Virus record (IMG/VR): IMGVR_UViG_3300034355_001008
Reading direction: 5' to 3' (one strand)
Origin: a virus
Lineage: Duplodnaviria; Heunggongvirae; Uroviricota; Caudoviricetes
DNA length: 64,000 nt
The notes under the pieces were generated by a model. The model worked only from the letters and a program-made list of their open reading frames with translations. It was not told the origin of the DNA and did not search any database. Both the position numbers and the translations under genes were made by a program. Below, in pieces: positions 36,059 to 46,800 of the stretch (position 1 is the first letter of the stretch; each line of letters starts with the position of its first letter).

Positions 36059-36481
36059 ATGTGGCTTTACAACAACGAACCATTAACTGCTCCCCCAGAA
36101 AAAGCAATTGGGTTTGTTTATCTAATTACCAACACCCAAAATAACAAAAAATATATTGGTAAAAAAGTTTTCCATTTTAGTAAAACTATCCAGAAGAATT
36201 TAAAAAAGAAAAAAGTAAAGGTTGAATCCGATTGGAAAACATACACCGGATCCAACGACGATTTAAATACTGATATAAAAACAAATAACCCAGAATTAAA
36301 GAAAGAGATATTGGAAATTTGTCATTCCAGATCTCAACTTTCTTACTTGGAAGCCTATTATCAGTTCATCAACAACGTACTAATAGATTCCAGTTATTAC
36401 AATAATTGGATATCAGTGAGAGTAACACGTCGTCACCTAACGAAATATAAAAAAGAACTTGACGAATCGAATTCCATATAG
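36059..36481 (+). CDS. stand-alone GIY-YIG nuclease domain protein (I-TevI catalytic-domain-like, no DNA-binding domain)
   Basis: GFVYLITNTQNNKKYIGKK compares with I-TevI GIYQIKNTLNNKVYVGSA. Downstream H/R and E…N residues present. Only 140 aa. Confidence 0.55.
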   Translation: MWLYNNEPLTAPPEKAIGFVYLITNTQNNKKYIGKKVFHFSKTIQKNLKKKKVKVESDWKTYTGSNDDLNTDIKTNNPELKKEILEICHSRSQLSYLEAYYQFINNVLIDSSYYNNWISVRVTRRHLTKYKKELDESNSI

Positions 36482-36519
36482 TATAATAAAGTAATCCTAA
36501 TCTATACCAATAACTCTAT

Positions 36520-36678
36520 ATGGAAATCTTTCTCCTGATAATTATTATTCTGATCCTTGCTAATAATGAATCTAATGCTCTATCCTTTCTTGTCTCTATT
36601 CTGCTTCTAGGTCTTGCTGCCTATGCAGTTATTTGGATCGGTGCTCTTGCCTTTGTTGTTGCTCTTATCGGAAATTGA
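36520..36678 (+). CDS. possible 52-aa hydrophobic peptide (MEIFLLIIIILILANNESNALSFLVSILLLGLAAYAVIWIGALAFVVALIGN)
   Basis: Short ORF not in the supplied track. CT-rich codon usage atypical of the rest of the window. Low confidence that it is coding. Confidence 0.2.
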   Translation: MEIFLLIIIILILANNESNALSFLVSILLLGLAAYAVIWIGALAFVVALIGN

Positions 36679-36810
36679 ATTCACTCGATTCCTCGGAAAT
36701 TGATTCCTCTGTCTTCGGAGTCTGCCTTTTCTGATAATGATTTAATGGGAATTTCCAAATTATGAGAATTACTAAGTAGTCTAAGTCAAAAAAGACAGTT
36801 TTGCAAGACT

Positions 36811-36890
36811 TCAGATAACCTCAGTAAACTTCAGATAACCTCAGTAAACTTCAGATAACCTCAGTAGACTTCAGATAACCTCAGTAATAC
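36811..36890. repeat. 4 x 20-bp perfect or near-perfect tandem direct repeat ACTTCAGATAACCTCAGTAA
   Basis: Read directly: cttcagataacctcagtaaa occurs four times in tandem, one copy with a single substitution. Each unit is itself two degenerate 10-mers, CYTCAGWWAA. Confidence 0.9.
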
Positions 36891-37011
36891 CTCATAATAT
36901 TCCCCTATTATTCTAATCGAAGATTCTCCGATACTCTAAAGAATTTCCAATACTTACTAAATCACTTTAATAAATTATTCTATTGCGCCTAAGAAAACGC
37001 CAATATTTATA

Positions 37012-37110
37012 TTCGCTTCATAATAGGGCGAACTACCCAAATATATGAATAAATTATAATATTATTCGCTTTATTATAGGGCGATCGCCCCATTTTAGGG
37101 CGAGTTATAG
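37012..37110. repeat. three spaced copies of a TAGGGCGA-containing motif (two 23-bp near-repeats ATTCGCTTYATWATAGGGCGA)
   Basis: attcgcttcataatagggcgaac (37012-37034), attcgctttattatagggcgatc (37064-37086), ttttagggcgagtta (37094-37108). Confidence 0.8.
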
Positions 37111-37134
37111 ATTAATAGAATTACTGTGTAGGCA

Positions 37135-37620
37135 TTACTGCTGATTTAATTTATAGAGAAAGCTTCTTGACAGAGTTTCATCATTATCTTTCATAACTTG
37201 GTTAGTAAGAGTAAATTCAGTAAGATTTGGAGGAATGGTAGATATAGTAACCGAAGATTTATATTGATCAGCACTATCCACTAGAGTAATATCATTATTA
37301 CTACAAGTCCAGAAAGAATTAGCGATAGATTCATTTGGAAGCAACCAGAGATTCCATGGAACAGCATTAAAGGTAGCAGATCCAGAGACAGTTTCCTCTG
37401 GACCCCATAAGGGTTCACTAGAACCAGATATTCCATTAATAGAGCATTGGTAGTAGTAGCCATTATCATTACTAGGGCGAGTAACATCACCAGATCTATA
37501 GACAGTAAGAGTAGAGAACACAGGCGCATTCCAATAGACTTTTACCGTAGTAACATCATCCGGATCAATAAAGCCAGATATTTTAAGAGGACCTTTAAGA
37601 GTAGGAGGATAGATTTGCAT
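37135..37620 (-). CDS. hypothetical protein (Trp/Cys-containing), downstream of the giant repeat protein on - strand
   Basis: 161-aa ORF co-oriented with 37631-40765. Possibly structural. Confidence 0.5.
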   Translation of the reverse strand: MQIYPPTLKGPLKISGFIDPDDVTTVKVYWNAPVFSTLTVYRSGDVTRPSNDNGYYYQCSINGISGSSEPLWGPEETVSGSATFNAVPWNLWLLPNESIANSFWTCSNNDITLVDSADQYKSSVTISTIPPNLTEFTLTNQVMKDNDETLSRSFLYKLNQQ

Positions 37621-37630
37621 TTTAATACCT

Positions 37631-40600
37631 TTATATTGTTATTAGATTATCATTAGGATTATGGGTTATCATTAGAACATTAATACTAATAGAATTAGGA
37701 GAACTCGTCACAAGTGGTAATACATTATAATCAATTACTTGCACTAGATTATCATTAGGATTATGAGTAATCAATAATTTATATAATCTATTAACTTTTT
37801 TAACAAGTAAATCAGCAGATTGTATATTGCACGAATTATTCGATGCAATTTGGCACGCTAATTGAATAGAAGTTGTTATAATACCAAAGGATATTGTATT
37901 AGAACGTAGCGTAGTAGAAGTTAATGATATTTCCGTGAATAGGTTTGAATATACATTAACTTCTACTAGTGCATTAGCCAATAGCACAATGCCTGTATTT
38001 AATTGAGCAGCATTAGATACAATACAAGAATCAATTGAGGCTAATTCAATAGAGGTAAATAGATCTGCTGCAGCGTTTACTTCAACTACGATATTACTAG
38101 ATGCAGTAATATTTGTATCCAGAGTAGTTGCCAGAGCAGATACTTCAGAGAATATTGCAGAATCTACTGGAAGATAGGCAGTTAGATCAGCAAATACTTG
38201 GCAATATGTAATTGCTCGAGCAATTACATATATTTCAGTAAATAGATTTGCTGTGGTATTTGATTCACCATTACCCTGAGCAATTGCATATATTTCAGTA
38301 AATAGATTTGCTGTGGTATTTGATTCACTTATAATAGAGGCAAGTAAAACAACGCCTGTATTTAGCTGAGCAGCATTAGATACAATACAAGAATCTGTTG
38401 CTTGTAGTTCAATAGAAGTTAATAAATTCCCTTGACTGCCTATAGAACCAGATATAACTGCCTGCGTTTCTATACTTGTCGTTAGATCAGCAAGAGTAGA
38501 AAAACTGCCAAGTGCCATGGCAGTAATATTAACTTCAGTAGTTAATGTACCTATATTAGATACAATACAAGAATCTGTTGCTTGTAGTTCAATAGAAGTA
38601 GATAGAGCAGAGTTAGCAGAAGCTACATCAACTATTAATCCAGCTATTTTAATATTTGTAGATAGGTTTGGATATACATTAACTTCTACTAGTGCATTAG
38701 CCAATAGCACAATGCCTGTATTTAATTGAGCAGCATTAGATACAATACAAGAATCTGTTGCTTGTAGTTCAATAGAAGTAGATAGAGCAGAGTTAACAGA
38801 GGCTACATCAACTATTGATCCAGCTATTTTAATATTAGTAGATAGACTTGAATATACGGTGGATATACTTACTGCAGAGGCAAGTAAAACAAGACCTGTA
38901 TTTAATTGCGCTGCATTAGATACAATACAAGAATCAATTGAGGCTAATTCAATATTAGTTAATAGATTACTTGTTGTTGAACATACAGATGATAATACAG
39001 GAGTAGTTAATCGTATATTAGTTGATAGATTACTTACTGAATTAACTCTAGTCAACGCATTTGCAAGTAAACTAACTTGTGTTTGCAATGCTGCAATATT
39101 AGTTACAATACAAGAATCGATTGAGGCTAATTTAATATTGGTTAATAGATTACTTGTTGCAGTTGTTGTAATTACAACATTCGCGCCAGTTATAATATTG
39201 GTTGTTAGCGCAGAAGAAACTGTAGATCTACTTGCCGTAGAACCTAGTAGAACAAGACCTGTATTTAATTGAGCTGCATTAGATACAATACAAGAATCAA
39301 TTGAGGCTAATTTAATATTGGTTAATAGATTACTTGTTGCAGTTGTTGTAATTATAATATTTGCAAAAGTTGTAATATTAGTTGTTAGCGCAGAAGAAAC
39401 TGTAGATCTACTTGCCGTAGAACCAGAAATAATTAACTCAGTTGTTAAATTTGCATTAGAAGATACCACGCATGAATTTATAGAATTTAATCTACTGCGA
39501 GTTCTAAGATTACCTGATGCATTTGATGCGCAAGCTGCTGTAGAATTAAGTAATATTTGCGTGGTTAAATTAGAATTAGCCGTGGCATTACATATTAATG
39601 CCGCAGGAATCATTCTAGATAAGTTTATATCTGAATAAACCGACAATTCAACTGTTGCGTTAAGTAAAACTCTTGTAATTATATTAGGAGTATTAGCTGT
39701 TACAACGGTATATACGGCAGCAGCAGTTTCTATACTTGTTGTTAAAGCTGAATTAGCAGAAACAATTGATAATGTTGAACCTAGTAAAACAATTCCAGTA
39801 TTTAATTGAGCAGCATTAGATACAACACAAGAATCTATTGAACGTAATTCAATAGATGTAATTATATTAGGAGTATTAGCTGTTACAACGGTATATACAG
39901 CAGCAGCAGTTTCTATACTTGTTGTTAAAGCTGAATTAGCAGAAGTTACGCTTAACCCTGTTCCAGAAGCAATTATACTTGTAATTAGAGTTGTTGCATT
40001 AGCTGTAACAACATCATATACGTCAGCGGCAGCTTCTATGCTAGTTGTTATAGCAGAATTAGTTGAAACAATACTTGCCGAAGAACCTAGTAAAACAATT
40101 TCAGTATTTAAATATGCTGCATTAGATACAATACAAGAATCAATTGAGGCTAATTTAATAGACGTGATTAGAGTTGTTGCATTAGCAGTTGCGATATCTA
40201 ATATAGATGCTGCAGCTTCTATGCTAGTTGTTAAAGCAGAATTAGCATTTGCAACAGAATATACTGTAGCATTGGTCTGTATGTTTGTAGTTAGAGCCGA
40301 ATTGGCAGAAGAAATATCTACAGCTAAACCTAGTAAAACAATTCCAGTATTTAACTGAGCTGAATTAGATACAACACAAGAATCTATTGAGGCTAATTCA
40401 ATTGATGTGTGTAAATCTGATGTAGCTGTAACTATATCAATTATAGAAGTATTAAGTTTAACTAGTGTTGCTAATGTAGCGCCACTAGTTGCAAGCGAAG
40501 CAGCTTGAGCAGCTAGATTTATTTGAGTATTAATCGTTGCGGTGCTTAATACTAAAATATCAGTTATTGACGCTGCAATAGTTATACTGGTTGATAATAG

Positions 40601-40765
40601 AGCAGTGGATATAGTTGTTATTGTTGATACTGTAGAATTAAATAAAATTTGAGTTGTAAGATTCGCTGCAACAGAACTTGTTGCATTTAATGCGGTTTCT
40701 AGTTCTATTGGATTAGAACCAGAAGACGATATTGGATTAGAACTTATTGCATAAAATCCTAGCAT
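37631..40765 (-). CDS. 1044-aa tandem-repeat Ser/Thr/Ala/Ile/Asn-rich protein (putative fibrous/beta-solenoid structural protein)
   Basis: Uninterrupted 3.1-kb ORF on the - strand. About 55-60-aa units such as IELASIDSCIVSNAAQLNTGIVLLGS…SANSALTTSIE repeated more than 15 times, with near-identical DNA units (for example 38218-38277 vs 38279-38338). Confidence 0.7.
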   Translation of the reverse strand: MLGFYAISSNPISSSGSNPIELETALNATSSVAANLTTQILFNSTVSTITTISTALLSTSITIAASITDILVLSTATINTQINLAAQAASLATSGATLATLVKLNTSIIDIVTATSDLHTSIELASIDSCVVSNSAQLNTGIVLLGLAVDISSANSALTTNIQTNATVYSVANANSALTTSIEAAASILDIATANATTLITSIKLASIDSCIVSNAAYLNTEIVLLGSSASIVSTNSAITTSIEAAADVYDVVTANATTLITSIIASGTGLSVTSANSALTTSIETAAAVYTVVTANTPNIITSIELRSIDSCVVSNAAQLNTGIVLLGSTLSIVSANSALTTSIETAAAVYTVVTANTPNIITRVLLNATVELSVYSDINLSRMIPAALICNATANSNLTTQILLNSTAACASNASGNLRTRSRLNSINSCVVSSNANLTTELIISGSTASRSTVSSALTTNITTFANIIITTTATSNLLTNIKLASIDSCIVSNAAQLNTGLVLLGSTASRSTVSSALTTNIITGANVVITTTATSNLLTNIKLASIDSCIVTNIAALQTQVSLLANALTRVNSVSNLSTNIRLTTPVLSSVCSTTSNLLTNIELASIDSCIVSNAAQLNTGLVLLASAVSISTVYSSLSTNIKIAGSIVDVASVNSALSTSIELQATDSCIVSNAAQLNTGIVLLANALVEVNVYPNLSTNIKIAGLIVDVASANSALSTSIELQATDSCIVSNIGTLTTEVNITAMALGSFSTLADLTTSIETQAVISGSIGSQGNLLTSIELQATDSCIVSNAAQLNTGVVLLASIISESNTTANLFTEIYAIAQGNGESNTTANLFTEIYVIARAITYCQVFADLTAYLPVDSAIFSEVSALATTLDTNITASSNIVVEVNAAADLFTSIELASIDSCIVSNAAQLNTGIVLLANALVEVNVYSNLFTEISLTSTTLRSNTISFGIITTSIQLACQIASNNSCNIQSADLLVKKVNRLYKLLITHNPNDNLVQVIDYNVLPLVTSSPNSISINVLMITHNPNDNLITI

Positions 40766-40881
40766 AATCTCTCTATTTAATTCTTAGATTAGTAATCAAG
40801 TATTTATTAAATGTAATAAATAGTTTATATTATATTTAGGATTGTTCAAGGAACTGGTATGGATTTATTAGGAGTAGTTGT

Positions 40882-43509
40882 ATGGCATTACAATTAAACG
40901 ATAGGGTAAAAGAATCTTCTATTACAACTGGAGTTGCGCCTATTGTATTAACTGGAGCTTCAACTGGATATCAAAATGTTGCTTCAAGCATATCAACATC
41001 TAATACTTTTCCATATGTTGTTGAATTAGTTGGTGGATCTGAGTGGGAAATTGGTATTGGCCAATATGTAAGTTCTAATAATTCAATAATACGAACTCAG
41101 ATATTAAACAGTTCAAATAGTAGTAATATAGTAAATTTTTCAGCTGGAACAAAAAACGTATTTATATCTGTTCCTGCTGTATATATGGCATTAACTGCTA
41201 GTGGATTATCTCAATTTTCTTCTACTACTAGTGCTGAATTGGCAAGTATAATTTCTGATGAAACTGGATCGGGTAAATTAGTATTTTCAAATAATGCAAT
41301 TTTAGTTACGCCAGATATTGGTAGAGCTAATGGCACATCATTAACATTATCTGGAGATTTATCGGTAACTGGAAATGTTTATTTAAGCGGAAATGTTACT
41401 ACATTAAGTTCTAATAATCTTTCTATTAATGATTCGTTAATTTATCTTGCACAGGATAACCCAGCTAATCTACAAGATATTGGCATTGTTGGTCATTTTA
41501 CAACTGATCATTATCAGCATACTGGATTTGTTAGAGATGCCAGTGATGGAGTTTGGAAATTATTTTCTAATGTTTCTAGCGAACCAACAACTACAATAGA
41601 TTTTACTGGTGCTATATATGACACAATTCAAGTTGGATCGGTAAATACATCAAATGCCATTTTTTCTACTGCAAATGGCTCTGCGCCGTTTACAGTTGTA
41701 TCTAATACCTTAGTATCAAATCTTAATGCGGATCTTCTTGACGGACAACATGGAACGTATTATACTGGATTAACCAGTTCTGCATTTAATCAAGCCAATT
41801 CAGCATATACAACTGCTAATACTGGAGTTTTTATTGGCCAAGGAGCGTTTACTCAGGCTAATGCTGCATACATGCAAGCTAATACTTCATTAATTGTTGG
41901 GCAATCTGCATTTAGTCAAGCTAATGCTGCTTATAACAAAGCAAATACAGTTACCTCTGGATTAACTCCTACCTCTATTCAAACTGCTAATTATACAGCT
42001 GCTGTTAATGATTTAGTTCGTTGCAATACAGCTGCTGGCGCATTTTCTGTAACCTTCCCTGCTAGTCCGGTTGATGGTTCTATAATTGGTGTTGTTGATA
42101 TTGCTGAAACATTTAATAATTATAATTTAACTATTTTGCCAAATGGTAAAAATATAGAAAGCGATTCAACTTCTCTTGCGTTAGATATGAATGGAACTTA
42201 TGTTTCTTTCATATATAATTCTTCTACATCAAATTGGAGATTATTAGAAACTCCAGTTGGCACGTTAACTAGTTCTTCTCTTAAAACCATTACAAATATT
42301 TCTAATGCATACACGATAATTTTATCAGATCTTGGTAAAATTATCAACTGTACGGCTAATACATTTACCGTTGGATTAACAGCAGCTGCGTCGTTGGGTA
42401 GTGGGTTTACTTGTACTATTTGGAATACTGGCTCAGGTGCAATAACGATTGACCCTAATGCGTCTGAAACGATTGATGGTGTTGCTACACTTATTCTTCG
42501 TCAAGGTGAAGGTTTAGCTATCGTTTGTAATGGTACAAATTGGGAAACTGATAATAAAAAACCAATGCGCGGGTATGCTGAGAATTTAGTTTCTACAGCG
42601 GTTAGACCAGTTGCATCCGGCGATAAAGCTGTAGCAATAATGCAACAAAGTACCGCAAGTGGCGCAGGAGCATTGGCTATTGGTTATGGTGCGACTGCGT
42701 CTGCACAAGGTGCAATTGCTATAGGATATGGTACTCCGGTAGCATCTTCAACATATTCTACTGCTATAGGGAGTGCTTCTCTCGGCTATGCATCACAAGC
42801 AGTAACAGGCGCAGGAGCAATGGCACTAGGTGGCTCATACGCTTCCGGTGCTGACAGTTTCGCTGCGGCTATTGGTGATAATACAAGCAGTTATGGGGCG
42901 ACTGGGGCAAATAGTATTGCTATTGGGTATCAAAATAAATCAAGCGGTCAGTATGGAGTTAGTTTAGGATATTTTAATATATCTTCTGGTAGTGCCTCGT
43001 TTACTGTTGGTCTTGGTAACACAGCTTCTGGTGAGTATTCCGCTGCATTTGGTAGATACTCAAGGGCTGCTCAATCTGGAAAATATGCGTTTGGTTCGGC
43101 ACAAAATGCCTCTTGGGCGCAAGGGGGTAAAATTGTATTAAGTGCAGCAACCACAACCACAACAGCCGTAGTATTAACCTCCGATGGTAGTACTGCATCA
43201 ACAACTAACCAACTTATCATAGCAACAAACCAAGCAATGACTTTCTGGGGAACATTGATAGCTAAACAATCTGCCTCTGCAAATATGGCTTCTTATATGT
43301 TTAAAGGTGCTATTGTGAATAATGGCGGAACAGTATCAATTTCAAGTATTTCTTTAGATACAATTGTTGATACCATAGGATTAGGAGCAGTTCCAACTTT
43401 TACTGCCGATAATACAAATAAAGCATTAGCGGTTACAAGTGGATATAAATCAGCTACAAATATTCGTTGGGTTTGTAATATTGATTCAGTTGAATTGACA
43501 TATGCATAA
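40882..43509 (+). CDS. tail fibre-like protein, paralogue 1 (875 aa)
   Basis: QANAAY repeats. Shares a GSGFTCTIWNTGxGAITIDPNASETIDGVATL…NGTNWETDxKKPMRGYAEN block and a GAGAMALGGSYASGxDSFAAAIG block with 49669, 58205 and 59776. Gly/Ser/Thr-rich. Confidence 0.65.
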   Translation: MALQLNDRVKESSITTGVAPIVLTGASTGYQNVASSISTSNTFPYVVELVGGSEWEIGIGQYVSSNNSIIRTQILNSSNSSNIVNFSAGTKNVFISVPAVYMALTASGLSQFSSTTSAELASIISDETGSGKLVFSNNAILVTPDIGRANGTSLTLSGDLSVTGNVYLSGNVTTLSSNNLSINDSLIYLAQDNPANLQDIGIVGHFTTDHYQHTGFVRDASDGVWKLFSNVSSEPTTTIDFTGAIYDTIQVGSVNTSNAIFSTANGSAPFTVVSNTLVSNLNADLLDGQHGTYYTGLTSSAFNQANSAYTTANTGVFIGQGAFTQANAAYMQANTSLIVGQSAFSQANAAYNKANTVTSGLTPTSIQTANYTAAVNDLVRCNTAAGAFSVTFPASPVDGSIIGVVDIAETFNNYNLTILPNGKNIESDSTSLALDMNGTYVSFIYNSSTSNWRLLETPVGTLTSSSLKTITNISNAYTIILSDLGKIINCTANTFTVGLTAAASLGSGFTCTIWNTGSGAITIDPNASETIDGVATLILRQGEGLAIVCNGTNWETDNKKPMRGYAENLVSTAVRPVASGDKAVAIMQQSTASGAGALAIGYGATASAQGAIAIGYGTPVASSTYSTAIGSASLGYASQAVTGAGAMALGGSYASGADSFAAAIGDNTSSYGATGANSIAIGYQNKSSGQYGVSLGYFNISSGSASFTVGLGNTASGEYSAAFGRYSRAAQSGKYAFGSAQNASWAQGGKIVLSAATTTTTAVVLTSDGSTASTTNQLIIATNQAMTFWGTLIAKQSASANMASYMFKGAIVNNGGTVSISSISLDTIVDTIGLGAVPTFTADNTNKALAVTSGYKSATNIRWVCNIDSVELTYA

Positions 43510-43539
43510 TAAATATTTAATTTAGTAAAGGAATAAAAG

Positions 43540-43893
43540 ATGTCAACTTTAAAAAATGGTTCTAGTATTTTTGAGATAACTGGGTTAGGGCAAACTAAAG
43601 TTGCTATAGCAGCCAGCGATATAAATTTACTATTAGGTAATGCATTTACTAAAACTATATCTAGTGCAACCACAATGACAATTAGTAATGTTCCTGCTAC
43701 AAATACGTTAGCATCTTTTATTTTAGATTTAACTAATGGAGGATCCGCTACCATTACTTGGTGGAGTAATCTAAAATGGGTATCTGGAACTGCTCCTACA
43801 TTAACTGCTTCTGGTCGAGATTCTTTAGGTTTTTATACTTACGATAACGGTTCCACTTGGACTGGAGTTCTTATCGGAAAGGATATTAAATGA
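43540..43893 (+). CDS. conserved 117-aa protein of fibre module (paralogue of 51556-51906)
   Basis: MST(L/I)KN…EITGL…TKVA…GGSAT(I/V)TWWS…GTAPTLT(A/S)SGRD shared with the 51556 ORF. Confidence 0.55.
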   Translation: MSTLKNGSSIFEITGLGQTKVAIAASDINLLLGNAFTKTISSATTMTISNVPATNTLASFILDLTNGGSATITWWSNLKWVSGTAPTLTASGRDSLGFYTYDNGSTWTGVLIGKDIK

Positions 43894-46800
43894 GTGTTGA
43901 TAATATTATTATGGCAGCTGGAAGTGGTAGTAGTTCAACTGCTGCTGTTTCTACGAATTCCGATCAATATTATGATAATGTTGCATTATTGATATCTAGT
44001 AATACCGTTATTGATCAATATTTTGCAAACGTATCTTTGTTGTTAACTGGTAACGATTTGCTGGATAAATCTAATTATAAAACGACTATTACAAATAGCG
44101 CTACGGCTGTTACTTCTAACACAACTATTAAAAAATTCGGAACTGGAAGTTTAGATTTTACGACAACTTCTCGATATTTAACTGTTCCTAATACTAATAT
44201 GCAATTCGGTACAGGGGATCTTACGGTAGAATTTTGGTTATATTACAATTCCGCCACCGCTCCTACATATGGTACGTTTTTGGATAATGGAGGTCAGGGC
44301 GTATTTTTTAGTTATGGTGATACTGGTAGTAAATTGTTATTTTTTAATCCATCATATGCTTCTGCAGCAGTTGGATTTGTGCATAATATGGTGAATAATA
44401 CATGGAATCATATAGCATTCGTTAGATATGGAACTTCGGGGTCGATTTACGTCAATGGAACAAGTATAGGATCAGTCACGCTTAGTTCTTCTGCAAATTT
44501 AAATGGCTCTGGGTCTACTGCATATATTGGCGCGTATTCCGGATCTCCTGGATCTTCTTATACAGCTGCTGGATACATTGACGATTTTAGAGTAACAAAA
44601 GGGCTAGCAAGATATACTACTAATTTTACTCCACCAACTGTATCATTTCCAACACATCAAATCGTAGATAGTTCAGTTTATAGATTACCTGTGACAACTT
44701 ACGGTAACGCTAGGATTGATACAGCCAATAAGAAGTTTGGTACTGGTGCTATGTATTTTGATGGCAGTGGGGATTATTTGTTAATTCCTGTAGCGAGTTT
44801 AGGTACTGCTGATTTTACAATCGAAGGTTGGTTTAATAATTCAGCGCAAAATACTGGTATATTTCAATTATTGAATTCCTCATCATTACCGACCGGAGGC
44901 GCTAAACCTCTTGCGCTTGGCGTTTACACAACTAATGTATTTAATTTAGCATACTCTGGCTCAGATGGTATATATTCTACAGGATCTTTTACTCCAAGTA
45001 TTTGGAATCATTTTGCAGTAGTGCGATATAATGGTGTATTAAACGTTTATTTGAACGGTCAACCTGTAGCTGGACATACTAATTTAACTGATACATTTAA
45101 TTATGTAAATACATATTGCTGGGTGGGCGGTATGTTTAATTCAGGATATGTTTATAATGGTTACATAGACGATTTTCGTATAACCAAAGGTGTAGCTAGA
45201 TATACTGCTAATTTTCCTGTTCCTACGACATCATTGCCGACAATACCTCCAACTATCGCAGCTGACCCATGGTGGGGCAATGTATCATTATTATTAGACG
45301 GTACAAGTGTTAAAAATGACCCTTATTGGGGGAATGTAGGATTATTATTAACTGGAGAAACTTTAGCAGACGCTTCTGATCAAAATGTTCCAGTTACAAA
45401 TAACGGAGCAGTAGTAACTACTTCAAAACAAAAATATGGAACTAGTAGTATTCAAGTAGCTTATTCTACTGGAGTTACTGTCCCTGCTTCAGTATTTAAT
45501 TTTGGAACTACAACCGATTTTACTATAGAGTTTTGGGTATATTTAAATTCACGTACATCGTACTCAACCTTTTGCGGTCAATGGGGTAGTACGGTACGAT
45601 TTAATATAATGCTAAATACAAGCTCTAACGCTTATATGGTAGGTATACAATATATTAATACCGGAGGAGCTGATGTGTTTGCCAGTTCTGGTTTCGATTC
45701 TTCAAATTTACCGTTGCAACAATGGAATCACGTTGCTTTTTCAAGATCTGGCTCTACTTGTAAATGTTTTATCAATGGCGTAGGAGCAACACTGTCTAGT
45801 AATCCAAATATTGCACCAATAGGTCCGGTCGGAGTTGGGAATGTTAGTGATCAATTTAGTTATGGAATTGACGGTTATTTTGCTGATTTCAGAGTAACTA
45901 AAAATGTTGCTAGATACATAAGTAATTTTACTGTACCTGACGTAGCATTTTCATCAACTAAAATAGCTGATAGAACTCAAAACAATCTTACAATTACACC
46001 TTATGGCAATGTTCAACTTAGCACTGATGTTAAGAAGAATGGTACTGGTAGTATGTTCTTTGATGGTACTGGGGATTATATAGCTATTACACCCACTACA
46101 AATTTAGTATTAGGTACAAGTGATTTCACAATTGAAGGTTGGTTTTATCAAATAGCTGGAGGGACGTACGCACACATATTTACAACTACCGCTAGTTATC
46201 TGACCGCAAATCAACTTAGAATGACTAATCAAAGTGGCACAACATTATCTGTATTCTCGGGAGGAAGCACCACAATACTCACGGCATCAACATCATACAC
46301 ACAAAATACCTGGAACCATTTTGCATTAGTTCGTAGTGGTACTACCATAACACTATACTTAAACGGCGTATCAGTAGGGTCAAATACTTCGGTATCTACT
46401 AGTTTTGTGGCAGACGCATCGTGGTACGTTGGGTCCGATTCTTTATATAACTATTCTTGGAATGGGTATATTGATGATTTTCGGGTTACCAAAGGCTACG
46501 CCAGATACACCCAAAACTTTACTCCACCTAGCCAGTCATTTGCTACTCAGTATCTTTCCACTGGTTATGATCCAAACTATGTAGATGTTACTTTATTGTT
46601 AAACGGTAATGGAACTAATGGAAGTACAACATTCACAGATTTGAGTAGTAGTCCTAAGACTATTACTAATAATGGTTCAGTAACTACTAACACTGCTATT
46701 AAAAAATATGGTACTGGTAGTATATACTTTAGCGGAACCAACACATTATCAGCAGGTAGTATAGTTCTTGGTACTAACAATTTTACAATTGAGTTTTGGT

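Noticed and set aside
36811-36890. Possible CRISPR-like array
   Set aside because: The 20-bp units are directly abutting with no spacers and there are no cas genes. It is a simple tandem repeat.
38517-40358. Long + strand ORFs (38517-38729, 38859-39272, 39318-39638, 40038-40358) antisense to the 1044-aa repeat gene
   Set aside because: They arise because the repetitive Ser/Thr/Ala-coding sequence lacks stop codons in the opposite frame. They are nested within a far longer uninterrupted - strand ORF.
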